This document shows, piece by piece, positions 18,966 through 29,100 of a DNA stretch of 63,456 nt (position 1 is its first letter; each line of letters opens with the position of its first letter). Origin of the DNA: an uncultured Weeksellaceae bacterium (GTDB lineage Bacteria > Bacteroidota > Bacteroidia > Flavobacteriales > BACL11); NCBI GenBank assembly GCA_964452095.1, contig CAYVKX010000002.1, forward strand, positions 1-63,456, given 5' to 3'. The position numbers were made by a program, and so were the translations under genes. The notes under the pieces were generated by a model that saw only the letters and a program-made list of their open reading frames with translations, did no database searches and was not told the DNA's origin.

Positions 18966-19922
18966 TTATCTCAAACTAACCCCCAAACCAACTGTTGCTG
19001 TTGGGTATTCAGCAAAAGTATAATCAGCTTGTATCGTTACTACAGTAATATTAAATCTTAATCCAACATTTGCTCTTAAATTGTTTTTTGATTCAAAATC
19101 CATTGCTACTTTTTCTTCAAATTCAATTCCGCTTAATTCAAAATTTGCATCAGCTGAGAAACTAGTTGTTGAGGAATTGTACCCTATACCAGCATAACCT
19201 GTAACCATTAATAATTTTTTGGAAGCAACTAAATTAATTGTAGTAGCTTTTGTATTTAATGCAACTTTTTGCCCTGAAATTTCTAACTCAGTATTTAATG
19301 CTGTATATCCCCCTTGAAAAGATAAACTCATTGGAATCATATCTCCAATTCCTGGAATCCACTGTAATAAATCATGTTTTACACCAATTCCAAAAAGATT
19401 AACATTAACATTATCACCAATATTCATCATTGGCATAAATCTTAAGTCTATAGCTGTATTTTTAATTAAACCAATACCCGCTTGTAACATTGGTAATGGC
19501 ATAGCTGGAGTTTTGATTCCTCCTGGCATATTAAAAGGGATGCTATCTGAGCCTGGAACTGTTGATGGGTCATAATACATTGATGTGGCACTAGTACTCC
19601 CAAATATAGTAGACGCTTCATTTTCCTCAGATTTAAAAATATCTCCACCCGCTTTTTTAATGTTAAAAGTTTCAGCAGAATTTGGTATAATTACTGTATT
19701 TAAAGTAAATGTTAAATCAAAACCACCTAAATTGTGAGGTTTAGCGGTATTGTACCACCCATTATTTAGTCCAGCTCCAAAACTTTCAGCCATTGGGCTA
19801 AAATAAGCTTCAAGTATTTTTTCCCCTTGCTTTATATCTTGCCCTAAGATACTTTGTACAGTTTGACTATAGGAGCTAAATCCAATAAAGCTAGCTAAAA
19901 GTGTAAATAAATAGTTTTTCAT
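18966..19922 (-). CDS. Hypothetical outer-membrane protein with a signal peptide
   Basis: Signal peptide MKNYLFTLLASFIGFSSYSQ, Gly/aromatic-rich beta-strand pattern. No catalytic motif seen. Confidence 0.5.
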   Translation of the reverse strand: MKNYLFTLLASFIGFSSYSQTVQSILGQDIKQGEKILEAYFSPMAESFGAGLNNGWYNTAKPHNLGGFDLTFTLNTVIIPNSAETFNIKKAGGDIFKSEENEASTIFGSTSATSMYYDPSTVPGSDSIPFNMPGGIKTPAMPLPMLQAGIGLIKNTAIDLRFMPMMNIGDNVNVNLFGIGVKHDLLQWIPGIGDMIPMSLSFQGGYTALNTELEISGQKVALNTKATTINLVASKKLLMVTGYAGIGYNSSTTSFSADANFELSGIEFEEKVAMDFESKNNLRANVGLRFNITVVTIQADYTFAEYPTATVGLGVSLR

Positions 19923-19934
19923 AATTGCAGTTTT

Positions 19935-20804
19935 TTAATTATTTAGATGTGATTCTTCAACTTGCACAATTTCTTTTGTATTAGTATTGTATATATATGC
20001 AATAATTGACATATTAGCTGCATCCCAGTTACCAGCATTCCCATTTCCTAATTCAGCAGTATTTGTAGAGTAATCAATATTGTATTGCTCTAAAGTTGCA
20101 AGATCATAATTAATTACCCTTTCAATTTGCTGTCCAGCTACATAATTAGATGAGTTGGAGAGCTCCTCATCCATTAATACTGTTCTTAACACATGATTAT
20201 GTTGGTAATTCTCAATATTGTCTTGCCCATCTTTTTGCCAATTCATAATATTACTTTCTGTTAAACAGACAACTAAATTGTACTCTGAGCTTATATTATT
20301 TTTTACTTCTGATGTTATAGAAATAGAATTTTCATCAGAAGATATATGTATTGTAAAATCAACATCTTTTTTTAGTTCTAAAGCAACGGCACTTGCCCAT
20401 TCATCCTTTCCAAGTTTATGATTATCTGGGAATCCAATTCTATTCACCATTCCTCTTGGAAGTCCCATTGCTGAAATTCCATAAAAATCATCCCAATTAT
20501 CCCCCCATTGTGTTCTGAAGTCGTATTGAAAGCTTGGAGCCTGACTAGCAGGATATGGCCTTGCAAAAGACTTGCTTACATGTATTGCCATACCAATTAT
20601 TTGATATCCATAAATATCATGGATTGCATCTAATTCTCTTGCGGCATCTGGGCAGTTAGGACATAGATGCCCTGTAAAATCCTCAATTAATACTTTCTTT
20701 TCAGGATTTACATAAGAATCATAATCAGAGATAAAAGGACCATCTTCAACATCACAAGAAGTGATGATTAATATTGAACTAAGTATTGCTAAATATTTTT
20801 TCAT
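19935..20804 (-). CDS. Omp28-related thioredoxin-fold lipoprotein with a CPNC motif
   Basis: Lipobox ILIITSC; VLIEDFTGHLCPNCP resembles the Omp28-family/thioredoxin-like CxxC site. Confidence 0.6.
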   Translation of the reverse strand: MKKYLAILSSILIITSCDVEDGPFISDYDSYVNPEKKVLIEDFTGHLCPNCPDAARELDAIHDIYGYQIIGMAIHVSKSFARPYPASQAPSFQYDFRTQWGDNWDDFYGISAMGLPRGMVNRIGFPDNHKLGKDEWASAVALELKKDVDFTIHISSDENSISITSEVKNNISSEYNLVVCLTESNIMNWQKDGQDNIENYQHNHVLRTVLMDEELSNSSNYVAGQQIERVINYDLATLEQYNIDYSTNTAELGNGNAGNWDAANMSIIAYIYNTNTKEIVQVEESHLNN

Positions 20805-20807
20805 TTT

Positions 20808-22502
20808 TTAAAAACTTGATGATATACTTAAATTAAATCCGTTTGATGAAGGTACGAGTTTACAGACTCCTCCAACACAAAAGATTCCTTCTCTTTTCTT
20901 TCCGTAACCAATCTCAAAACGGTTTGCTCCTTTTATAAATCCTGCATTTAGATTTACATAATGCAACTGTTTTGAAACATCTTCATTCCCCCAGTTATAC
21001 ATGTCTTGTATTGCAAAAAACCAATGAGGTGAAATGGTATATTCTAAAAGTCCCATACTCCAATCTCCTTCAGCTGGCTCTTCCATTCCATTTTCATAAG
21101 CTCCCCCATGTGCAGAATAATCTTCTAGCTGTTTGGAATTTAACATTTGTAATTCCATTCTTAAAGAATGTCCTTTCTTAATTTTGTAGCTTATATCTGT
21201 AATTAAGATTGTTGAGTTAAGCACTCCATAATCTCCTGGAACATGACCTTCTAAAAAATCTTTATTGTAAGTTTGGTTTGCTATTACAAAATTAGCTTTT
21301 ATTTTTTTACTTATTTTTTTATTTATTTCAAGATTAATATCTTGAAAATAACGTTCTTGTTCAAAACAAAGTAGCATTGGAGTATAATTATCTTGGTCAT
21401 TTAGAAATGAATGACCATAATCACCGCTTAATCCATTCATTCTGGAATAATTTAAGGCTAATTTTGTGCCGTATTTACCTCCTAGCACGCTTCCTTTTTT
21501 AATTTTTAAATAAATATCAGCCTGTATACCAATCTCACCATTAAACTGTGTTGCATATTGATAAAGTGCTAGAAGAGAATAAGCATGAGGTTTACTTAAA
21601 GCTGGAATGTAATTTATTATATATGCTTTGCCGTCTTTATCTCTATCGGATTTAAAATTCATGTTATCTATTCTATGTAATTCTACTGAAAAACCAAATC
21701 CTCTTTTTGAGAAAGTAATATTATTTTTAAATGCACTTCCACTAGCATAGTTCATTTTGCTTTCAGTTAACATATTCGCAGGATCGTTAATCTTATAAGC
21801 AAACTCACTATAATAGTTCCAGTTACCACGGATTATGTTTAATCGACTTGCATAAGCGCTAACATTTTGTGGTATTTTAAAGATAATATTTTCTCTTTCT
21901 TGGTATCGACTCACAAAGCTTCCCCCTAAGATTACTTTTGTTTTAGATTTAGCATTGAATAATTCATTGATATTTATCTCTCCGTCAGCCCCTCTAAAAA
22001 TACCATCAGCATAATCAAAGTGAGCTCTGCTTTTCCCAATAAAGCTTTTTAAATAGACCCCTTTCAATGGTCTATATTTTAATCTTACTCCATCCATAGC
22101 ATTGTCAATCCCTAGCCCTTTTTCCTCATAACTTCTAAAGATTAATCCGCTCCCTAATTGTTCATAATAATTTCCTGCTGTAACTTCTAAGCCATCAATG
22201 CTGTAAGTTGCATATCTATACGGAATTCCATTTCCTTTAAATTCAGGGTCGTAATCAGCTAAAGCGTTTAAGTAACTTTCATAACGTAATCCAGTCGCAA
22301 AATTCCCTTTAGTATAGTTAAGATTTAAATAGGCGTTATTTAATATTACCTCATCAGCTGCTTCTGCTCCAATAAGCTCATCCTCTTGATAAGATTGTAA
22401 ATTTAAATTTAAATCACCATGAATTTCTCCGGTATTTACTTCCTGAGAGAATCCTGAAAAAGAAGCTCCAAAAACCACCAAAAGAGATACAATTTTCTTC
22501 AT
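20808..22502 (-). CDS. Large outer-membrane beta-barrel protein (DUF6029-like)
   Basis: Signal peptide, 564 aa, alternating strand pattern, C-terminal ...LSISSSF with a terminal Phe. Confidence 0.55.
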   Translation of the reverse strand: MKKIVSLLVVFGASFSGFSQEVNTGEIHGDLNLNLQSYQEDELIGAEAADEVILNNAYLNLNYTKGNFATGLRYESYLNALADYDPEFKGNGIPYRYATYSIDGLEVTAGNYYEQLGSGLIFRSYEEKGLGIDNAMDGVRLKYRPLKGVYLKSFIGKSRAHFDYADGIFRGADGEININELFNAKSKTKVILGGSFVSRYQERENIIFKIPQNVSAYASRLNIIRGNWNYYSEFAYKINDPANMLTESKMNYASGSAFKNNITFSKRGFGFSVELHRIDNMNFKSDRDKDGKAYIINYIPALSKPHAYSLLALYQYATQFNGEIGIQADIYLKIKKGSVLGGKYGTKLALNYSRMNGLSGDYGHSFLNDQDNYTPMLLCFEQERYFQDINLEINKKISKKIKANFVIANQTYNKDFLEGHVPGDYGVLNSTILITDISYKIKKGHSLRMELQMLNSKQLEDYSAHGGAYENGMEEPAEGDWSMGLLEYTISPHWFFAIQDMYNWGNEDVSKQLHYVNLNAGFIKGANRFEIGYGKKREGIFCVGGVCKLVPSSNGFNLSISSSF

Positions 22503-22505
22503 AAA

Positions 22506-23006
22506 TTATTTCGCTATTTTTTGGATTTGTTCTAAAAGCTCATCTTCATCTCCATCATTATACCCTGGATGATGCCAAACGATTTCATTTTTTCCGTTAA
22601 GTAAAAATGTGTGAGGAACAGTTTGCACTCCCATAGCTCTTTTAAGTTCACTATTAGCGTCTAAATAAACTTCATAATCCCAATCAGATGCATTCACATA
22701 AGGAGCTACTCTCATCATTGATCTTGTGTCATCAATAGAAATTGCTACAAGTTTAACTCCTGTTTCATCTTGCCAATCCTCATATACTTCAGCAATATTA
22801 TTTAATTCTTTTTTACAGGGCTTACACCAAGTGGCCCAAAAAGAAATTACAATTGGGTTTCCGTCATTTTCTAAATTTGTAATATTGAAATTACTTCCAT
22901 CTAAAGTTTTTACCTCCATTGATGGAAGCTTTCTTTCTTCTTGTGAAAAGCAGTTGGCTGCTATTAGTACAACAGTCGCGAATGTTAAAATTAGTTTTGT
23001 TCTCAT
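22506..23006 (-). CDS. TlpA/ResA-family periplasmic thiol:disulfide oxidoreductase
   Basis: Signal peptide, and FWATWCKPCKKELP-like active site WCKPC in a ~165-aa thioredoxin fold. Confidence 0.85.
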   Translation of the reverse strand: MRTKLILTFATVVLIAANCFSQEERKLPSMEVKTLDGSNFNITNLENDGNPIVISFWATWCKPCKKELNNIAEVYEDWQDETGVKLVAISIDDTRSMMRVAPYVNASDWDYEVYLDANSELKRAMGVQTVPHTFLLNGKNEIVWHHPGYNDGDEDELLEQIQKIAK

Positions 23007-23071
23007 TTTTATTGTTTTTTATGGTTTGCTAAAATAATTATTTATATCAGTTAATTGAATTTTATAGCAAT

Positions 23072-23100
23072 AAAAAAGCCAGCTTATGCTGGCTTTTTTA
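23072..23100 (-). terminator. Intrinsic (bidirectional-looking) terminator downstream of the T9SS redoxin gene
   Basis: aaaaa-agccagc-ttat-gctggct-ttttt. Confidence 0.75.
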
Positions 23101-23116
23101 TTTTAAAAGTTATTAT

Positions 23117-24616
23117 TTACTTAATGATAGTAATCTTATTTGTAATTACTTTATCGTTAATAATAAGATTTACAAAATAAATTCCTTCCGAAATTCCTGA
23201 AGTAGTAATTGGCATAAAATGCTGTCCTTCTGAAAGCATGCCAATATTATTGCTGTAAACCACTTCCCCAATTACATTAGTAATATTTAATTGTGCATTA
23301 CTCCTTTCAGTTGTAGAAAATGTAATGTTTGCAATGTCATTTGTTGGGTTAGGGTAAATTGAAATATTATTTGCAATACTATTATTATCAATAGAACTCA
23401 AGTTTCCAGTTTTAAACTGTGAAGATTCTTCATCAGCAAAACTACCGCCAGATCCTAATATTGTTCCGTTTCCATCTGTTACAGTATAACTTCCCGCTCC
23501 ATATCCAGCATTTATTCCATCACCATAACTATCAGTAATTGTAAAAGTGTGGCACTCATTAGGATTTAATGATGTAGTTATTGGAGTTTGAGTAGTAGTT
23601 CCAGCCGACCCTAAATCATTGTAAGGACCACCATTTGCTACAGTTAACCCAGAACTTGTTTTAATACTCCATCTTGTTTCAGACCCATAAGCATCTGTTA
23701 CAATTTGTACAGTTACATTAGTACTAGTATTTTGAGTAGCCATTACTACATTAAATGCAATAGTTTGATTGTTTGAAGGGTCATTATCTACCCCTCCATT
23801 TGGGTTAGTTACTTCAATAGTTATTGCTTCATTTCCAGTAAGACCAATAAGAGCTGGAAGTGTAATGTCATCTGTATCGTAAGTTAATAAGTTTCCAGCC
23901 CATTGGATAATAGTATCAGAAACTCCATTTACAAATACTTCAATAGTTGCTGATGTTAAAGGAGTTAATCCATAATTTTGAATTTTTATTTCAGGAGTTA
24001 AACCTCCTTCACAAGTTAGAGTTTCTCCAATATAATCAAATGATCTTATATCATTATTGAATGATGCAGGAGCCGGGCAAGTAGCTACATAAGCATAAGG
24101 ATTAGTGCTTTGCCCTATTTCTCTAATAATTCTATCAGGACAAATCATATAAATGGTAGGGAAATAAGCAATAGAATAAGCAGTATTTATTGCCTGAGTG
24201 TTTGCAGAACCATCAGTAGAAATTTGAGGGAACGGACATCCAGTAATCCAATCACCAACAGTATTGCAGCCAGTTCCGTACATACATGCAACAGCATTTC
24301 CATCCGCTTCAACAGCAAATACCATCACATCATCTGTTGTGTTAGAATCTACATCCGGATATCCTGCAGGACCATGTTGCGTGTAAAGGTTTTCCATTGC
24401 GCCTGTATTTTTGTATGCCCAACATGGGCTACACCATACGGCATAAAAATCTACAATAACTGTATATCCACTATCTAAGTAAGTATACAAATTGTGTGTT
24501 ACCCCATGAACATCAGTAAGTGTAAAATCAGGTGCTACTGAGCCATCTGGTAATTGTGCTTCTGCATTGTCAATTGAGAATAAAGCGACAATTGCAATTA
24601 GTAAAATCTTTTTCAT
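23117..24616 (-). CDS. T9SS-secreted multidomain protein with an N-terminal redoxin/thioredoxin-like domain (WCSPC)
   Basis: Signal peptide MKKILLIAIVALFSIDNAEAQ, APDFTLTD...VIVDFYAVWCSPCW, Ig-like middle domains, CTD ISIYPNPTNDIANITF...GIYFVNLIINDKVITNKITIIK. The start is moved to the ATG at 24616. Confidence 0.75.
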   Translation of the reverse strand: MKKILLIAIVALFSIDNAEAQLPDGSVAPDFTLTDVHGVTHNLYTYLDSGYTVIVDFYAVWCSPCWAYKNTGAMENLYTQHGPAGYPDVDSNTTDDVMVFAVEADGNAVACMYGTGCNTVGDWITGCPFPQISTDGSANTQAINTAYSIAYFPTIYMICPDRIIREIGQSTNPYAYVATCPAPASFNNDIRSFDYIGETLTCEGGLTPEIKIQNYGLTPLTSATIEVFVNGVSDTIIQWAGNLLTYDTDDITLPALIGLTGNEAITIEVTNPNGGVDNDPSNNQTIAFNVVMATQNTSTNVTVQIVTDAYGSETRWSIKTSSGLTVANGGPYNDLGSAGTTTQTPITTSLNPNECHTFTITDSYGDGINAGYGAGSYTVTDGNGTILGSGGSFADEESSQFKTGNLSSIDNNSIANNISIYPNPTNDIANITFSTTERSNAQLNITNVIGEVVYSNNIGMLSEGQHFMPITTSGISEGIYFVNLIINDKVITNKITIIK

Positions 24617-24648
24617 TTTTTCTTGTTTTTTAAAGGTTAATAGAACTG

Positions 24649-24656
24649 CAAATATA
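24649..24656 (-). promoter_or_regulatory. -7 box TATATTTG (minus strand) for the T9SS redoxin gene
   Basis: The plus strand reads caaatata, 32 nt upstream of the ATG at 24616. Confidence 0.45.
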
Positions 24657-24748
24657 ATACGAAAAGACATTAAAATCACGAAAATCATAGTTTTTTATTT
24701 TTGTCTTACGCGTTCAAATGCAATTGTTAATATTTCAGATTTATTTTG

Positions 24749-24756
24749 TATATTTG
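24749..24756 (+). promoter_or_regulatory. -7 box TATATTTG for the Cys-rich T9SS gene
   Basis: 16 nt upstream of the ATG at 24773. It lies inside the longer track ORF that starts at 24746. Confidence 0.45.
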
Positions 24757-24772
24757 CATAAAATTAATAAAA

Positions 24773-25471
24773 ATGATTAAAAAAATATTTATACTTTCTT
24801 TAGTTTTTATTGCAGTATTAACTGTAGATGCTCAAAGTTTACAACTTACTGGGGATGTGACAGTTCCAACTTCTGACCCTTGCGTTACAACTCATGCTTA
24901 TATTTTAGTTAAAAATACTTCTAATAAAGATTTGGATGTGGTTTGTCAGAAATTTATAATTGATACTACTGCTGGTACTTTAAATTATTTTTGTTGGGGC
25001 GGATATTGCTATCCAGCTGAGACTTATATTTCTCCATTTCTGCAATTTCTTCCACCAGGAGCTTCTTCTGATAGTGCTGGTTTTGGTGGCTATTATGATG
25101 CTTATTGTGCAGATGCTGAAGCTACAATAAAATATTGTTTTTACCCTGATACTGATCCAACTGATGCGTCTTGCTTAACAGTCCTTTATAACGGAACGGT
25201 AAGTGCTATAGTTGATTTAGTTTCTGAGGGGGAAGTAGGTGAATTTTTCCCTAATCCAGCTAAGGAATATATAAATGTAGAATACAAATTAGATAGAAAT
25301 AGCACGCTTACTATTGTAGATATTTTAGGAAATAAGGTAAAAGAAATTGACCTGAGTAATTCAGGTTTTCAGAGCATTTATATTTCTGATTTGCAAAATG
25401 GAATTTATTTTGGAAGATTTTCTACCAATGGAAACTTAGTGAAGATGAAAAAAATTATTGTAAAAAAATAG
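24773..25471 (+). CDS. Small Cys-rich T9SS cargo protein of unknown function
   Basis: Signal peptide MIKKIFILSLVFIAVLTVDAQ, 8 Cys in about 110 aa, CTD FFPNPAKEYINVEY...GIYFGRFSTNGNLVKMKKIIVKK. Confidence 0.7.
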   Translation: MIKKIFILSLVFIAVLTVDAQSLQLTGDVTVPTSDPCVTTHAYILVKNTSNKDLDVVCQKFIIDTTAGTLNYFCWGGYCYPAETYISPFLQFLPPGASSDSAGFGGYYDAYCADAEATIKYCFYPDTDPTDASCLTVLYNGTVSAIVDLVSEGEVGEFFPNPAKEYINVEYKLDRNSTLTIVDILGNKVKEIDLSNSGFQSIYISDLQNGIYFGRFSTNGNLVKMKKIIVKK

Positions 25472-25498
25472 CAAATAAAGAACCAAAAGTTATAAAAA

Positions 25499-25530
25499 CC
25501 CTATGCTTAAAAGTATAGGGTTTTGTTTTT
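25499..25530 (+). terminator. Intrinsic terminator
   Basis: ccctatgc-ttaaaa-gtataggg hairpin followed by ttttgttttt. Confidence 0.6.
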
Positions 25531-25550
25531 ATCAAAATCACATATTTTAG

Positions 25551-25558
25551 TAGATTTG
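25551..25558 (+). promoter_or_regulatory. -7 box TAGATTTG for ruvA(-sprA)
   Basis: TAnnTTTG match, 20 nt upstream of the ruvA ATG. Confidence 0.45.
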
Positions 25559-25578
25559 TTTTTTAAACCAAAACACAA

Positions 25579-26160
25579 ATGATAACACACATTCAAGGAA
25601 GATTGGTGGAAAAAACACCAACTTATGTAGTAATTGATTGTAATGGAATTGGCTACAAACTGCACATTTCCCTACAAACTTTCACCAATATTAAAGAAGA
25701 AAATTGTAAGCTTTTCTCCCATCTTTCAGTAAAGGAAGATTCGCATACGCTTTATGGTTTTTCTGATGAGGATGAAAGAACTCTTTTTAGAAATTTAATA
25801 TCTGTTTCTGGGGTAGGACCAAGTACTGCACAAGTAGTGCTTTCTACTTTTTCTCCACAAGAAACTTGCCAATATATTATTTCGGCTGATGTTGCTGCTC
25901 TGCAAAGTGTGAAAGGAATTGGAGCTAAAACCGCCCAAAGAATAATTATTGATTTGAAAGACAAATTAGGCAAGGGAATTACTACTACTGACATTCCTTT
26001 ATATCAGAACAATGATTTAAGAAATCAAGCGTTATCTGCACTAGTTGCATTGGGTTTTAGCAAAAAAGTAGCCGAGCAGAAAGTAGATAAAACTCTGAGA
26101 AACAGCTCAGAAGAATTATCGGTAGAAGCTTTGGTAAAATCTGCTTTAAGTGCAATGTAA
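25579..26160 (+). CDS. ruvA: Holliday junction DNA-binding protein RuvA
   Basis: OB-like N-terminus MITHIQGRLVEK, HhH motifs SVSGVGPSTAQ and VKGIGAKTAQRI. Confidence 0.93.
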   Translation: MITHIQGRLVEKTPTYVVIDCNGIGYKLHISLQTFTNIKEENCKLFSHLSVKEDSHTLYGFSDEDERTLFRNLISVSGVGPSTAQVVLSTFSPQETCQYIISADVAALQSVKGIGAKTAQRIIIDLKDKLGKGITTTDIPLYQNNDLRNQALSALVALGFSKKVAEQKVDKTLRNSSEELSVEALVKSALSAM

Positions 26161-26169
26161 TTTACTAGT

Positions 26170-29100
26170 TTGAGCAGAAAAAAAATATACATACTACTAG
26201 CAGTTTCTGTACTGTTTTCTATGCAGTCATTCTCTCAAAATGACAGCACATTATCTTATCCTTTTTCTGGAGATGAAAGTGGAGGTTTGTATATGAACAA
26301 TCCTAGTATTTTCAACACTTTTGTAGAGTACGACCCAGTTAGCAATCAATATTATGAGTGGCAAAGAATAGGCGATAGAAATGTAGGGTTGCCCAGAGTA
26401 ATGAGCTTTCAGGAGTATCAGCAATACCAATTGGAAAAATCAACTGAAACTTATTGGGATTTGCGAACTGGAGAAAGAAAAACAAAGCAAACTTCTGCTT
26501 TTGGCTTACCTAAACTTTTCATTCCAGGACAAGCATTTGATAGGATTTTTGGAGGAAATTCTGTAGATATTCGTCCGCAAGGGTCGGCAGAACTTATTTT
26601 TTCATTAAGAATTAATCGTTTAGATAATCCCTCTCTTCCTGAAGAACAAAGGCGAACCACCTCTTTTGATTTTGAAGAAAAAATACAAATGAATGTAGTT
26701 GGAAAAATTGGAGAAAAACTAAAACTCACTACTAATTACAATACCGAAAGCACTTTTGATTTTGAAAACCAAATGAAGTTGGAATACACAGGTGGTGAGG
26801 ACGAAATTATTAAAAAACTAGAAGTTGGAAATGTTAGTTTGCCATTAAACGGAACCCTTATTACCGGAAGTACTTCCCTTTTTGGAATGAAGGCACAATT
26901 GCAATTCGGGAGAACTACAATCACCTCTATTTTATCCCAACAAAAAAGTAAAACTTCTGAAGTGGAGGTGAGTGGAGGTGCACAAACCACAGAGTTTGAT
27001 ATTTATGTAGATGATTATGAGGCGAACAAGCATTTCTTTTTGGCGCATTATTTTAAAGAACAATATGATGTAGCACTGGCGAATTTACCTTTTGTAAATT
27101 CTGGAATAAATATCACAAAAATTGAAGTGTGGATTACCAACAAAACAGGAACTACTAATAATACCAGAAATATAGTTTCATTTCTAGATTTAGGAGAAAC
27201 AGAAATTTATAATAATGACCCTAATTTTGCAAATGGGTTAAAACCAAATGCACAATTTCCTGATAATGTAGAAGCAAATTATTTATACGATAATTTAACA
27301 AATAATTTTAATGCCGCTCGTGATATCAATCAAGTAAATTCTGCTTTTGGTCCTTTTTCAGTATTCTTCAAAGCTGCTCAAGATTATGAAAAATTAGAAA
27401 GAGCCAGACAACTTACTTCTTCAGAATATACTTTGCACCCGCAATTGGGCTATATTTCCTTAAATCAAGCACTAAATAATGATGAGGTTTTAGCAGTTGC
27501 TTTTCAATACACAATCGGCAGCAACACTTATCAAGTTGGGGAGTTAAGCACCACTGGCCCAACCGCTCCAGATGCACTTTTTGTAAAACTCTTGAAAGGA
27601 ACTAATTTTACACCAAAATTACCAAATTGGCATTTAATGATGAAAAACATTTATGCCATTGGGGCTTATCAAATGAGTAGTAATTCTTTTGTATTGGATG
27701 TTGTGTATGAAAATACTGAGGAATCTGGAGGGCTTACTAATTATATTCCAGAAGGAATAATAGATGGAATCCCACTTATAAAAGTATTGAATTTGGATAA
27801 TTTGAACTCTCAACAAGATAAGCAATCAGATGGGGTTTTTGATTTTATTGAAGGTATTACTGCAAAATCTTCAAATGGAAGAATTATTTTTCCTGTGCGT
27901 GAGCCATTTGGCAGCTATTTGAAAAGCCAATTTTCCGACCCCACTCTTGCCGATAAATATGTGTATCAAGCCCTTTATGATTCTACTATAACCATTGCTC
28001 AGCAATATCCAGAGCTGAATAAATTCAGATTAAAGGGAAGCTATCAAGCATCTTCTGGGGCAGAAATTTCCTTAAATGCTATGAATGTTCCAGAGGGCTC
28101 AGTAACGGTAACGGCTGGCTCACAAAAGTTAGTAGAAAACCAAGATTATACGGTAGATTATATGCTCGGAAGAGTAACAATTATCAATCAAGGAATTTTG
28201 AATTCTGGCGTTCCAATTAAAATTTCATTAGAAAATAATGCACTTTATGGCATTCAAAATAAAACACTAATTGGTACACATATTGATTATGAAATCAATA
28301 AGGATTTTATTGTTGGAGCAACAGTTTTGAACCTTACCGAACGCCCATATACTGTAAAAATAAATACTGGAGATGAGCCAATTTCTAACACCATTTGGGG
28401 ATTAGACGGAACTTATCAAAAGAAGTCGCCTTTTATCACCAAAATGGTGGATAAGCTTCCCTTTTTGGAAACCAAAGCAAAATCTACTATTGTGGCAACT
28501 GCCGAATTTGCTCACTTAATTCCTGGTCACCATAAATCTTTGGGGAATTCTGGCGTTTCTTATATTGATGATTTTGAGGCAAGTAAAACGGGAATCGATA
28601 TGAAAAATATGGGAGCCTGGTTTTTATCATCTATTCCTCAAGGGCAAGAAAATATTTTCCAAAATGCTAGTGAAAATAATGATTTAATAAGTGGTTTTCA
28701 AAGGTCAAAAGTAGCTTGGTATACCATTGACCCTTTATTTTACAGAAATACATCTGTAACACCTCCTGGTATAAACACCTCCATCACGCTTCCAAATGGG
28801 AATACCATTGCTCAGCAATCTTACCATTATTCCAGAGAGGTTTTAGAAAAAGAAGTTTTCCCGAATAAAGACCCTGATATTGGAAGTCAAATTTCCAATT
28901 TAGCACTTTTGGATGTGGCTTATTATCCTAATAAAAGAGGACCTTACAATTATAATGTAACGGATTTAAATAGTGATGGAAGTTTGCAAAATCCTACTGC
29001 AAAATGGGGAGGGCTAATGCGAAAAGTAGAGACCAATGATTTTGAGGCAGCCAATATTGAGTTTATAGAATTCTGGATGATGGATCCTTTTAATTCTGAG

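Noticed and set aside
22726-23037. 103-aa plus-strand ORF
   Set aside because: Antisense to the TlpA-like gene and running into its promoter region, with no supporting signals.
24110-24478. 122-aa plus-strand ORF
   Set aside because: Antisense to the T9SS redoxin gene. It has no motif, and no promoter or terminator of its own.
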